Assembly: GCF_009834535.1 (NCBI RefSeq)
Contig: NC_045696.1
Location: forward strand, 87,236,001 to 87,300,000
DNA from: Camelus ferus
Taxonomy: Eukaryota
Direction: 5' to 3'
DNA length: 64,000 nt
Below, piece by piece: positions 26,011-38,344 of this stretch. Made by a program: the position numbers and the translations under genes. A model generated the notes under the pieces. It did no database searches. It had not been told where the DNA came from and worked only from the letters and a program-made list of their open reading frames with translations. Each line of letters starts with the position of its first letter. Within the stretch, counting starts at the first letter, position 1.

Positions 26011-27199
26011 ATGTCTTTTTTTCTTTTTTAACCTATAATTTATTGTGTTCCACAGGGCACAGTGAGATAGTTTCAGGTGCATATTTTAATTTGATTTTGC
26101 TTACAAATTTTACCAAATATTCTACTTGAATAGGAATTTTCCTATTCTTTTATACAAGATATTTATATATCAACCCCTTATATGTTGCCAAGTATGTTTC
26201 CAGTTTTCTTGAGTATTTATATATGATACTGTTATACTCATGACGTAGAGCTTATTTGTAACTTATTAAAGGACATCAAACTTTTGTTTATTTCACAAAT
26301 ATTCTCATTTGAAAGCCCATGTCCATTGCATACATCTAGCTTACTCCAAATTTGTGAATATAAATTTATACAAAATAATCATTTATAATTTTGGCAGTCT
26401 GGGGGTATAAGAGAAACAGCAATCAAGGATTAAAACTGACTTTTCCCACATACTTAGTAAATGTTTTAAAATAATTTTAAATGACTTACCTCTTCTTTTT
26501 TAGACTGTAATGTTTTTCCATAGTAACATCATTTTCAGAATATTTATCCTGTTTAATCAGTCCATCTGTTTGTTCATTGATGTATCAGTACTACATTGTT
26601 GATGCACTATATTACACCTGAAAATGTATGGACATGAAAAATAATTTCATATGTTACATTAGGCAAAAGGCTTCAAAACAGTATACTGGTTATATTCATA
26701 TTCTTTCTGTACAAAATACACATATTCCTATATAGAGATGATTAACATCAAAGAGTTAACAGTGGTCATCTCTGGATGTTAGAATAAGACTTCTGGTTTT
26801 TTTTTGCTAAATATTTTCTCTCTCCTGCAATATTGTGAGAAAATATTTATTTTTAAAAATACAACACAGTATACTAACAACCATTTAGAGAGACTGAAAA
26901 GAAAGAGAATAAATATCCTTTTCTCCAGCTTCTCTGTGCCCCAGACAACTATGCTTGTTTGTTTATAAAACATGTTTCCCTTTGAAAATGTCATTTTTTA
27001 GTTTGTCCAGTGCCTCTTGTCTCCCATAAATATGCTTTGTGTAGCTAAATCTGATTCATTTCAGCATAACTGTACATAACTATTACTTAACAGAAGTTTT
27101 CTGTCCCTAACCCTGCTCCAAATTTGCCTAGTGTGCATTTTTCCTCACTATTGCTGTGTAAAATTGTCATCACTCAGTCAATGCCCATCCTTTCTGATT

Positions 27200-27306
27200 G
27201 TCCATTTTACAGGGCAAGGAAGTCCATTTGTCTAGATTCTAGGATACTGAATGAAGAGGCACATAAGAGGCAATCGATAAACGGTATGTTGAATGGATGA
27301 ATGAAA
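27200..27306 (+). mobile_element. L2 3' end fragment
   Basis: agggcaagga...ggcacataagaggcaatcgataaa...tgttgaatggatgaatgaa terminal tail. Confidence 0.6.
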
Positions 27307-27665
27307 AAGAGGGAGCCTCCATAGTAGACACAGGTTTACTTTCCCTCTGTCTCACTAGGCATAAAAACTTAGCTTCTCTTGGTTTCAGTTATGAGGGATG
27401 CAAACTTATTCAGCTGTTTCACTAATTTGTGTTAAGGTAAAGTGCCTTACATATATTTATTTAACCATATATATAAAATGAATACCCAATTGATGGTCAT
27501 ACTATCATTGCTTTAAAAAGTTTCCAGGAATATACATTCTTTTAAAATAAAAGTGTTAACTCTGAAATGGAGAGTGTAATAGAGACTTCTTGAAAGAACG
27601 GCCACCCAACAAGGCTGGGTTGGAAGTGTCAGTGTATAAAAGATCACATTAAATTATAAAGCAGT

Positions 27666-30600
27666 TGAAGGGGGAGGTGGCCAAGATGGCAGAGTAGGAA
27701 GACCCTGAACTTACCTCCTTCAATGGACACACCAAAATTACAACTGCTGTTGACCCTTGAGCAACATAGATTTGAACTGCATTGGTCCACTTATACATGC
27801 ATTTTTTTCCAGTAAAAATATACTACATTACTACACAATCCATAGTTGGTTGAATCTGCAGATGTGGAACCATGGATATGGAGGCCTAACTGTAAAGTTA
27901 TACATGGAATTTCAACTTCATGGGAATTGGGTGCCGCAAACCCCTGTGGTGTTCAAGGGTCAACTGTCCTTGCAGTGCAACAATTAATGAAAATGACCTG
28001 AAGACTAGCAGAAAATAGTTTCCACAACTAAAGACATGAGAAACCACTACAAGATGAATGGGGTGTGTAGAGAACAGTATAGTCAAAACCTCTATCCCTA
28101 GGGTCAGTGGTTCACAAAAGGGAGGAATACCAATTATAGAGGTCCTCCCTAAGAAGTGAGGTGTCTGGCTCCCTAGCCAGAGGACAAGCCCCCAGAATGT
28201 CTGCTTTGAAAACTAATGGAAATTATGTTCAGGCGAGCCAGAGGCCTATAAGAAATAGACACTCAGTTTTTAAAAGGAATACACATCTCACATGCTGAGT
28301 CCCAATGCAGAGGCAAGTTTGAAAGGAGCCTGGGTAAGAGAAACTTGCTGATCTTGGAGAACACTCCACTTAGAAAATACAGATCCAGATAGAATATCAG
28401 TATGGAAACATAAGCTTTAAATAACAGATCAGATGAACTTTATATGTGTGTGTGTGTGTGTATATATTCCAAAACAGCAGAATACACATTTTTTTCAAGT
28501 GCACATAAAACATTCTCCAGGATAGAGCACATGCTAAGCCACAAAAGTACAACAGAATTAACAAGATTGAAATTATATAAGCACCTTTTCCAATCTAGTC
28601 TGAGACTAGAAATCAACTACAAGAAATAAAACTGCAAAAAATACAAACACATGGAGGGTAAACAATATGCTAATAAACAACCGATGAGGCACTGAAGAAA
28701 TCAGAGTGGAAATCAAAAAATACCAGGAGATTAATGAAAATGGACACACAATAATACAAAATCTATGTGATACAGTAAAACCAATTCTAAGAGGGAAGTT
28801 TAAAGTGAAGTGAGCCTTCCTTAAGAAACAAGAAAAAAAATCTCAAATATATAATGTAACCTTACACCTAAGGGAAATAGAAAAAGATGAACAAAACCCA
28901 AAGTTTATAGGAGGAAAGAACAATAAGGAACAGAACAGAAATAAGTGAAATGGAGACAAAAAAATAATATTAAAACTAAGAATTATTTAAAAAATTAAAA
29001 TTGATGATAAAACTTTATGCATACTCATCAAGAAAATGTGAGAGCCCAAATAAAATCAGAAATGAAAAAGAAGTCACAACGGATAACACAGAAATACAAA
29101 GGATTACAAGTGATTACTATGAATAATTATATACCAATTGAACAACCTAGAAAACATCGATAAATCCTAGAAATGTGGTCTTCTAAGACTGCATTATGAA
29201 AAAATAGAAAAAAAGGAATGGACTGATTACCAGTAATAAAATTGAATCATTTTGTTTGTAATAATAGTTTAAAACAAACAAAAAAAAACTGCCAACAATC
29301 AAAAGACCAGGACCAGAAGGCTTCACAGATGAATCCATAAAATTTTAAAGGAAAGTTAACACCTGTCCTTTTCAAACTAAGAGTGCTTCCAACTCATTCT
29401 AGGAGGCCAGAATCACACTGCTACCAAAACCAGACAAACCTACCACAAATAAAGTAAATTACAGGCCAACATCACTGATGAACACAGATGCAGATAATCC
29501 TCTACAAAATTTTAGCAAGCCAAATTCAATAATACATTAAAAGGATCATACCCCACGATCAAGTGGGATTTATTCCAGAGATGCAAGGATGCTTCAATAT
29601 CTGCAAATCAATCAATGTGATACACCACAGTAACAAATTGAAGAATAAAAATCATATAATCCATAACAACTTTCATCAAAGTCAATATTGAGGAAACTTA
29701 CCTCAACATAATAAAGGCCATATCTGACATTCAACATCATACTCAACTGTGAAAAGCTGAAACCATTTCCTATAAGATCAGGAACAAGACGAGGATGTTC
29801 ACTCTCACCACTTTCATTCAATATAGTATTAAAAGTCCTAGCCACATCAGTTAGACAAGAATAAGAAATAAATAGTAAATCTATCACTGTTTGTAGGTTA
29901 CATGATACTATATATGGAAAATCCTAAAGACACTTATAAAAAACTATCGAATAAATGAACTCAGTTGCAAGATACAAGTGCAAGATACAAAATTAATAAA
30001 CAGAAATCTGTTGCATTTCTATTTACTAATAATGAACTATCAGGAGAAGAAATTAAGAAGACAATCCCATTTATGATTTCACTGAAAGAATGAAACAGCC
30101 AAATAAATTTAAACAAGGAGGTAAAAGACCTGTTCTCAGAAAACTGTGTGACATTGTTGAAAGATATTGAAGATGACACAAAGAAGTGGAAAAATATTAT
30201 GTACTCATGGATTGGAAGAATTAATAATGTTAAAAATGACCAAATTATCTAAGGTAATCTATAGGTTGAATGAATTGCTTTCAAAATACTAATGGTATTT
30301 TTCACAGAATTAGAACAAGTAAATTAAAATTTGTAATGAATCACAAAGACCTCAGATAACCAAAAAATCCTGAGAAAGAAGAACAAAGCTGGAGGTATCA
30401 CTCTCCCTGTTATCAAACCATACTGTATTCTATGATAATCAAAACAGTATGGTACTGTCACAAAAACAGACACGGATAAACAGAGCAGAATAGAGAGCCC
30501 AGAAATAAAACTATGCTTATATGGCCAATTAATTTTTATCAAGTGAGGCAAGAATATACATAGGGAAAAGACTACCTCTTTAATAAATAGTGTTGGGAGT

Positions 30601-31917
30601 ACTGGAAAGCTATATGCAATCAAACTGAACTACTTTCTCACACCATATGTAGAAATATACTTAAAATGATTTAAAGGCTTGAATGTAAGACCTGAAACAA
30701 TAAAACTACTAGACGAAAATATATGCAGCATGCTCTTTACCATTGGTTTTAGCAATATATTTTTGTAAAAAATAGGTCTCCTAAGGCAAGGGAAATGAAA
30801 ACAAAAATGAATAAATGGGAGTATATCAAACTAAAAAGCTTTTGCACAGTGAAGGAAACTGTCATCAGATAGAAAAGGCAGCTAACTGACTGGGAGAAGA
30901 TATTTGCAAATTTTATATCTGTAAGGACTTAATATAAAAAATATACAAAAAACTCTTAAAATGCAAATTCAAAATAACAAACAATCCAATTTTAAAATGG
31001 GCAGAGAAACCTTAATAGATAATTTTCCAAAGAAGATATCCAGGTGGCTCAAGGACACATGGAAAGATATTCATCATCACTAATCAACAGGAAAATGCAA
31101 ATCAAAGCCACAATGAGCTATGACCTCACACCTTTCAGAATTGCTCTTGTCATACAGACATGAAATAACAAGTGTTAGTGATCATGTGGAGAAAAGGGAA
31201 CTCTTGTGCACTGTTGGTGGGAATAATTCGTACCACCACTATGGAAAATGATATGGAGTTTCCTCAAAAATTAAAAACAGAACTACCATATGATCTAGCA
31301 ATTCCACTTCTGGGTATTTTTACAAAGAACATGAAAACATTCATTCAAAAAGAGATATGCACCCCTGTTTTCATTGCAATATTTTTTTACAGTAGCCAAG
31401 ATATGTCCATTGATAGATGAATGGATAAAGAAGGTATGTCATATATATATAAAAATATGTAAATTATATATATAATGGAATATTACTCAGCAATAAAAAG
31501 AATGAAATTTTGCCATTTGCAACAAAAGGATAGAACTACAGGGTATCATGCAAAGTGAAATAAGTCAGAGAAAGACACATACCATATGATTTCACTTATA
31601 TGTAGACTCTAAAAAACAAATCAAACATCCATAACAAGATGGAAACAGACTTACAGATACAGAGAACAGACTGATTGCTGCATGAGGGGAAGAAAATGGT
31701 GGGATAAAGGAAATAGGTGAAGGAGAGAATCAATCAGGGGGTTGTAATGTATAGCATAGGGAATATATTCAGTAATATTGTAATAACTTTGCATGGTGAC
31801 ATATGGAAATTAGACCTATTGTGATCATAATTTTGTAATGTATAAAAATATTGAATCATGTGTACTTGAAACGTATATAATATTGTAAGTCAAATATACT
31901 TCAATAAAAACAAACAA
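27666..31917 (+). mobile_element. L1 with 5' start and 5' UTR; ORF1 deleted (junction near 28375); degenerate ORF2 and first 3' end
   Basis: Starts ggggaggtggccaagatggcagagtaggaagaccctgaac. ORF2 text runs 28380-31500 (e.g. LKTELPYDLAIPLLGIF in ORF 31172-31420) and ends cttcaataaaaacaaacaaac. Confidence 0.93.
27747..27966. mobile_element. Tigger2-derived MITE nested in an L1 5' UTR
   Basis: TIRs ctgttgacccttgagcaac / gtgttcaagggtcaactg. Same family as 25060-25311 but in the opposite orientation. Confidence 0.9.
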
Positions 31918-33195
31918 ACTCAAATGGATTAGAGACTTAAATGTAAGACCTAAAACCATAAAATGCCTAGAAGAAAACATAGGCAGTAGCTTTTTTTGAC
32001 ATTGGTCTTTGCAGTAATTTTTTAGATCTGTCTACTCAGGCAAGGGAAACAAAAACAAAAATAAACTAATGGGACTAGGTCAAACTGAAAAGCTTTTGCG
32101 TAGGGAAGAAAATTATTAACAAAACAAAAAGGCAGCTTATTGAATGGGAAAAGATATTTGCAAACAATGTATCTGATAAGCGGTTAATATCCAAAATACA
32201 CAAAGAACTTATACAACCCTACATCAACAACAAAAACTAATTAAAAAATGGGCAGAGGACCTGAATAGACATTTTTCCCCGGACATAACAGATGGCCAAG
32301 AGACACTTGAAAAGATGCTCAACATTACTAATCATCAGGCAAGTGCAAATTCAACCAAGATAGGATGCCTCTTCTCCCCTTTCAGGATGGCTATCATCAA
32401 AAAAGACAACAAGTGTTGGTGAGGATTGGAGAAAAGAGAACCTTTAGGTACTGTCTGGTGGGATTGGAAATTGGTGCATCCACTGTGGAAAACAGTATGG
32501 GGGTTCCTCACAAAATTAAAAGAACTTCCTTATCATCCAGCAATTTCACTCTTGGGTATTTACCTGAAAGAACAAACATACTAATGTGAAAAGATATATG
32601 CACCCCTATGTTCATCAGAGAATTTTTGACAATAGCCAAGATATGGAAGCAATCTAAATGCCCATCAATAGATGAACGGATAAATAAGATGTAGTGTGTG
32701 TTCTATGCATGTGTATACACACACACACACACAAAATGGAATACTGCTCAGCCATAAAATGAAAAATGAAACTGTGCCATTTGTGACAATATGGATGTAC
32801 CTAGATGCATTAGGTTAAGTGAAGTAAGTCAGATAAAGACAAGTACTGTATGATCTCATAAGTGGAAAATTAAAAAGCAAAGCAAATAAGAAAATGAAAA
32901 TAGACTCAAATACAGAGAACAGATGAGTAGTTGTCAGAGGGGAGGAGATTGAAATGAACTGAAATAGTGAAGGGAATTCAGAGGTACAAATCTCCAGTTA
33001 TAAAATAAGCCACATCAATATAATACATAACAAATAATACGGTCAATAACACTGTAATAACTTTTTATGGGGACAGATGGTTACTAGGTTAATTGTGGTG
33101 ATCATGTCATAGCATATGGAAATATCAAATCACTATGTAGTATACCTCAAACTAACAATTTTATACATCAACTGTATTACTTCTTAAAAATGGAA
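31918..33195 (+). mobile_element. Second L1 3' segment (ORF2 C-terminus plus 3' UTR), in tandem with the first
   Basis: Restarts at caaatggattagagacttaaatgtaagacct, homologous to about 30660, and runs to a second 3' end near 33190. Confidence 0.93.
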
Positions 33196-34367
33196 AAATT
33201 ATGAAGTAGTATCTCAGCAAAATGATTTGACTTTCTGCCACAGTATTTAACAGCCTGAAATTGAAAGTAAATACATTTTTAATGGGAGTTGATACACCAC
33301 TACAAACTACTGCAGCTTCAGGTCAGTGGGGGTCTTTGGTAGAATTCAAGGAGAGTTTATGATGGAGAGAAAATTAACAGGATCAGGCAAAGTCTTGAGA
33401 TACACAAAAAAAGAATGAGGCTGAAGTAGTATCACTTTGAGAACGTGATGCCTTCTAATTGCATCCAGAGCTAATTATAAACCAGACTATTGCATAGGCT
33501 GTCATTAAGATCTTTATCTGAGAAAGAGTAGCAGAATAGGAGGCAGAAAAGAAAAAGGAATGTTAAAATGGAATTAATAGAATTTTTGTTGTTATTTTTA
33601 AACTTTAGAACTCCAAAGTTGGTTTTTAATCACATAAATTTCATGAGTCTGATGTCTCAGTTAACCAATGACATCTTGTCACTGTGCCTCCTCCTTTACC
33701 CCAATCCCTCAGTTTAACAAACTGAAGAAAAATTCTAAATTATAAATAAGATTATGGCCACCAAGTGGGTTCTATTTAAAATAAACAACAAAAATTAAAG
33801 GGAATACAGGATAGTTTGGATTTTTTTGTAACCCTCAATTACAACTTCTCATTATTTTATATTTTAGATAATATTTTGCCAATGCACATTTTATGTAACT
33901 AACATTTTAGCTGGCAAATAGGTATTGGATATAAGAGAATCTTCTTTTAACCACTTTTATAAGGTGTTATGTATCAATCAAAATTTTCTTTTAATAGTTT
34001 CTCAAAGTTAAAAGTTTAGTAGTTGAGGTATATATCCACCAGGTATTTTTATTTTTGTGTGATATGTATAATCACTTTTGTTACTTTAATTACTGTAGGC
34101 ATTCTGAACCTTGATTTTTAACTTTTGAATACATATTTTATCTGATAATCTCACAAAACACTATTTTGAATATATATTTATTATATAGTTTAAGCTTCAT
34201 TTACTAGATATATAAATTAAGTGTAGTAAGTTGAAATTAACAATTTTAAATATTTGCTCTAGCTTAAATAAAGCAAATGTAAAGCTATCACATGATGTGC
34301 TTCTGACTAGTTTGTGTTTGATTTCTTTAGAATGACCTTTCTTTAGATGTTATAGTAAATAGTAGTA

Positions 34368-35090
34368 TTGGTGGGAATGTAGTTTGGTGTAGCCATTACA
34401 GAAAACAATATGGAGATTCCTCAAAAGACTAAAAGTAGACTTACCATATGATCTAGGAATCCCACTCCTGGGCATATATCCAGAGGGAACCTTAACTCAA
34501 AAAGATACATGCACCCCAGTGTTCATAGCAGTACTATTTACAATAGCCAAGACATGGAAACAACCTAAATGTCCATCGACAGAGGACTGGATAAAGAAGT
34601 TGTGGCATATTTACATAATGGAATACTACTCAGCCATAAAAAAGAATAAAATAATACCATTTGCCACAACATGAATAGACCTGGAGAATGTCATTCTAAG
34701 TGAAGTAAGTCAGAAAGAGAAAGAAAAATACCATATGATATCACTTATATGTGGAATTTTAAAAAAAAGAAAAAGAAAAACTTACTTACAAAAAAGAAAC
34801 AGACTCACAGACATAGAAAACAAAATTATGGTTACCAAGGGGAGTAAGGAGGTGGGAAGGGATAAATTGGGAGTCTGAGATCTGCAGATATTAACTACTA
34901 TATATAAAATAGATAAACAAGTTTATACTGTATAGCACAAGGAACTATATTCAGTATCTTGTAGTAACTTATGGTTAAAAAGTATGAAAATGAATGTATG
35001 TTCCTATATGATTGAAGTATTGTGCTGTACACCAGAAATTGACACTACATTGTAAACTGACTATATTTCAATAAAAATATTAGAAAAATA
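34368..35090 (+). mobile_element. Youngest L1 in the window: 5'-truncated 3' end (camelid-like)
   Basis: ORF2 C-terminus is nearly intact: PLQKTIWRFLKRLKVDLPYDLGIPLLGIYPEG...TCTPVFIAVLFTIAKTWKQPKCPSTEDWIKKLW. The 3' UTR ends gctgtacaccagaaattgacactacattgtaaactgactatatttcaataaaaa. Confidence 0.93.
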
Positions 35091-36529
35091 TAAATATTGA
35101 AATACTGGTATAACCAAATCATAGCTATTACATTTTCCAAAATTAGAGTTATTGTCAATACGTGCCTTAGTAAGGATGATCATATACAATCTAAACAGCT
35201 CTAATTGCTAAGCTTGTAACAAAAACATTAATGGTGTCCAGTCAGGTTTAACTGAATTGGAAAAAGAAGAAAACAAAGGTGATAACAGTATGGTTCTGAT
35301 TTTGCTTAGTCTTACACTGCTCAGTGTCTAGTATTCTATAAATGTAAGAATTTTAGAACTTGTCCGTGTCTTTAAGGTGCTTTTTAGAATATTTGAGTTA
35401 TCACTCCATAAATATTAGTGACTTAGCAAAACATTTCATGAGCTACAGTTGGAATCTGAGGCTAAATTCCCTGCTAAGAAGATCTGGCCCTAAGAGAGAT
35501 GTACAAATTCAGAACATCAGGTTTGCATTTCTAATCATCCTCCATACCCCATACAGCATGTATAATGAAAGATGATTGCACAGTAACTGGTAACACAGCT
35601 GGGAGGTGTTCTCTGAATAAGGTTTTTGTTCTCTTTTTATTTCAAAACAGCCTTTATTTCCATGACATCTTGCATAGCACAGATGGTCTCAAAAGTTAAA
35701 TTTGACCATGAATACTACATTAGCTGTCATGTAACTAGGGAAGGATGATTATAAACAAGAAGAACTTCCTTTTAAAATGTTTCATTTATTTTACTGTTAT
35801 ATTATATGTGTATGTTTTTATTTGGTGAAGAAAGTATTTAGCTAATATGGTTTATTTCTGTTTTATAACTCAATATTGCATCATTTTATTTCTGACCATT
35901 CAAACAAGAATGCATCTTGAGAGTCATTAATATGCAGTAGGGTATTACAGTCATATCACTAGCAGAGAAAAGGAAAAGAAAAAGTTTTCCTTATTGTTTT
36001 TCAACTAGTGAGTCAGTGTAAGCAGATGTTCTTTTTTTGACTTGCCAAGAAAATTAGCACTTTTCTAGGAGGTACACACAGACTTGAAAATCCTCCAGTC
36101 ATTGAAAAAGACAGATCTTGGCGTGGCAGTGAGCTATGAAGAGGCAAACACTTTGAAATGGGGCTACCACCTAATACAATTTTTTTGCATTAAGTCCATA
36201 GAATTTATGCCAGCCAGCCATCTCTCTAGAATTGAGAGATAATGTTATGTTCTGACATCTACTCATTGACTTTATTTTCTTAGGGTGAGAAAAGAGAATA
36301 AAGGAATAAAATAAGGATCACAGGAAAAAAAAGAAAAAAAGAAACATAGTGGAAAAAATTTAGAAAATTTCAAAATAAATCAAATCAAGAAGACTCTAGA
36401 AACAATTTTATAGTATATCTAACAATCCAACATCTTATTTTGCCTGCATGAGTAGGCTGTGGTTGTACAGGATCTCTGTTGCCATCTTTAATCTATTGCT
36501 CTTTCTACAGCCTGCTCTTTATAAACACT

Positions 36530-36780
36530 GGGGAGTAGGGTAATACAGGAGTAACAACCCCGAATCTGAAGCAAGACCCTGGGCCGCTGAGCTCTACAAC
36601 TTCCTATCTGAATGTCCTTTGGCAAGTTATTTAGCCTCTATCAGTCACAGCTTTGGATCTTTTAAACTGGATGAATAACAGTATCTTCACTATAGAAGTA
36701 TGCAAGGATCAGGAGAGCAGGTACGTGCAAAGAATATAGAACTATCTACAAGCACTTAAACATTGTTAACCACTATTTTC
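36530..36780 (+). mobile_element. MIR SINE
   Basis: ctttggcaagttatttagcctctatcagtc...aataacagtatcttcac...caagcacttaaacattgtta. Confidence 0.65.
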
Positions 36781-37094
36781 ATTCATTACTCAGAGATAAA
36801 TAAAGATGGCCACTGTTGCCATTTCTGTATTTGTCTTGTGTAACTGCATTCAGTGTTACACAAATAGCACTTACTAAACCCTTCAGAAAAAAAAAAATAA
36901 ATATACATATTACTCTTTCAGGTAACAGCTCCACATAGTGCACTATCCTGTCAAATTCCCATGAAACAATCTATCTAGCTTTGGTTCACGTTGAATTTGT
37001 TAATATTTAAAATGTGTTACTTTTATGGAAGAGCTGTGCCATGGCAGTTACTTTTATATTTTAAATTAGTTCTTAAATCCTGATAATGTATTGA

Positions 37095-37520
37095 TTCACT
37101 GAATCATAATCTCTATTAAAATATCCACAACATTCCAGAAATTATGCTGTGCTCTGTGGATACAAACATGCCTAAGTGGCCCTGACTTGATGGGACTCAT
37201 TATCCAGTAGAGGAGAGAGAAGATCATAAAACTAAATATAACACACTTTGATAAGTACTCTTCTTGTGTTATGACCAAAGTAATATCAGAGGATAGAAGG
37301 GAACGCTTAAATCGACAGCCGAGAAGAGAGGGAGCAGTACAATGTGGATAAGACAGTATAGAGGCAAGGGCTAAGGGAAAAACCACAAGTGAATACAATA
37401 CAAGGGATGTGCAGTGGTAGGAAATGAGCAGCAAAAAAAGTTAGAGTCAGATAGTGAAATGTCTGAGATGCTGTAATAAGGAGTTTCACCATTATTTCCA
37501 GGTGAAGGAGAATTTCAAAA
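37095..37520 (-). mobile_element. L2 fragment
   Basis: tatgctgtgctctgtggataca...ggccctgacttgatgggactcattatccagtagaggagag resembles an antisense L2 3' end. Confidence 0.55.
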
Positions 37521-38318
37521 GATTGCCAAACAAATTAATAGATTATATGGTTAAAATTAATACTCCTTGAATTTACGTGTTTCTTAATGATTATACTATT
37601 AATAATGCTGTAAGTTAAAGTAATACCTACATCTAATTTTTTAACAGAACTACTAGTTAAATTCTGTTTTTTTTTTATATGATTAAAACCTAGCATAAAA
37701 TGCATTAAACATTCACTGCAAAATGCAACACATACACACATATAATGAATGACATAGCTTGTTTAGGTCTCGGGAAGTTGCTGAACTATGGATGCCCTAA
37801 GAATTTAGCAAAGAAGAGGAGTAAAGGTTGAGAATTTATCTTTCTCCTGGAAATTACTTGTTTTTTCATGAACACAAATATTACTTGTGTTCATGAAAAA
37901 AGCACAGTGAAATATAGCTAAGACAAAATCATATTCTGCTCCAAAGTGGTACTTCAAAGTCATAAATCATGTAATATAGTTCAGATATGTAGCTTTGACC
38001 TTGTGCAATGTTTAGATCCAGGTTAAGATTACCTCCGAGATGGAGTCATGCGCCAGGAGTTTCTGGAGTGTCCACATTTCCTTTTGCATCAGGAAGTGAA
38101 GCTGCAGAAGAGGTATATTGGGATTCCGTATGCTATTTTTTGCAACATTTCTGTAAGTTTATAATTAGTTCAAAATAACAAGCTTAAAACTTTAACCAAA
38201 AAATGGAAACATTCATTCAGACATTATTTCCATTTTTACATTTAACTCCAAAATAGACAATCATTTTTTGAAAACTTTTCATCAGAGTTATCTTTCAAAT
38301 AAGTAGGAACCAGTAACT

Positions 38319-38344
38319 AAAAAAAAAAAAAAAAAAAAAAAAAA
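38319..38344. repeat. (A)26 homopolymer
   Basis: Direct count. Confidence 0.95.

Noticed and set aside
28380..31500. Intact, active L1 ORF2
   Set aside because: Numerous stops, frameshifts and deletions, and ORF1 is missing.
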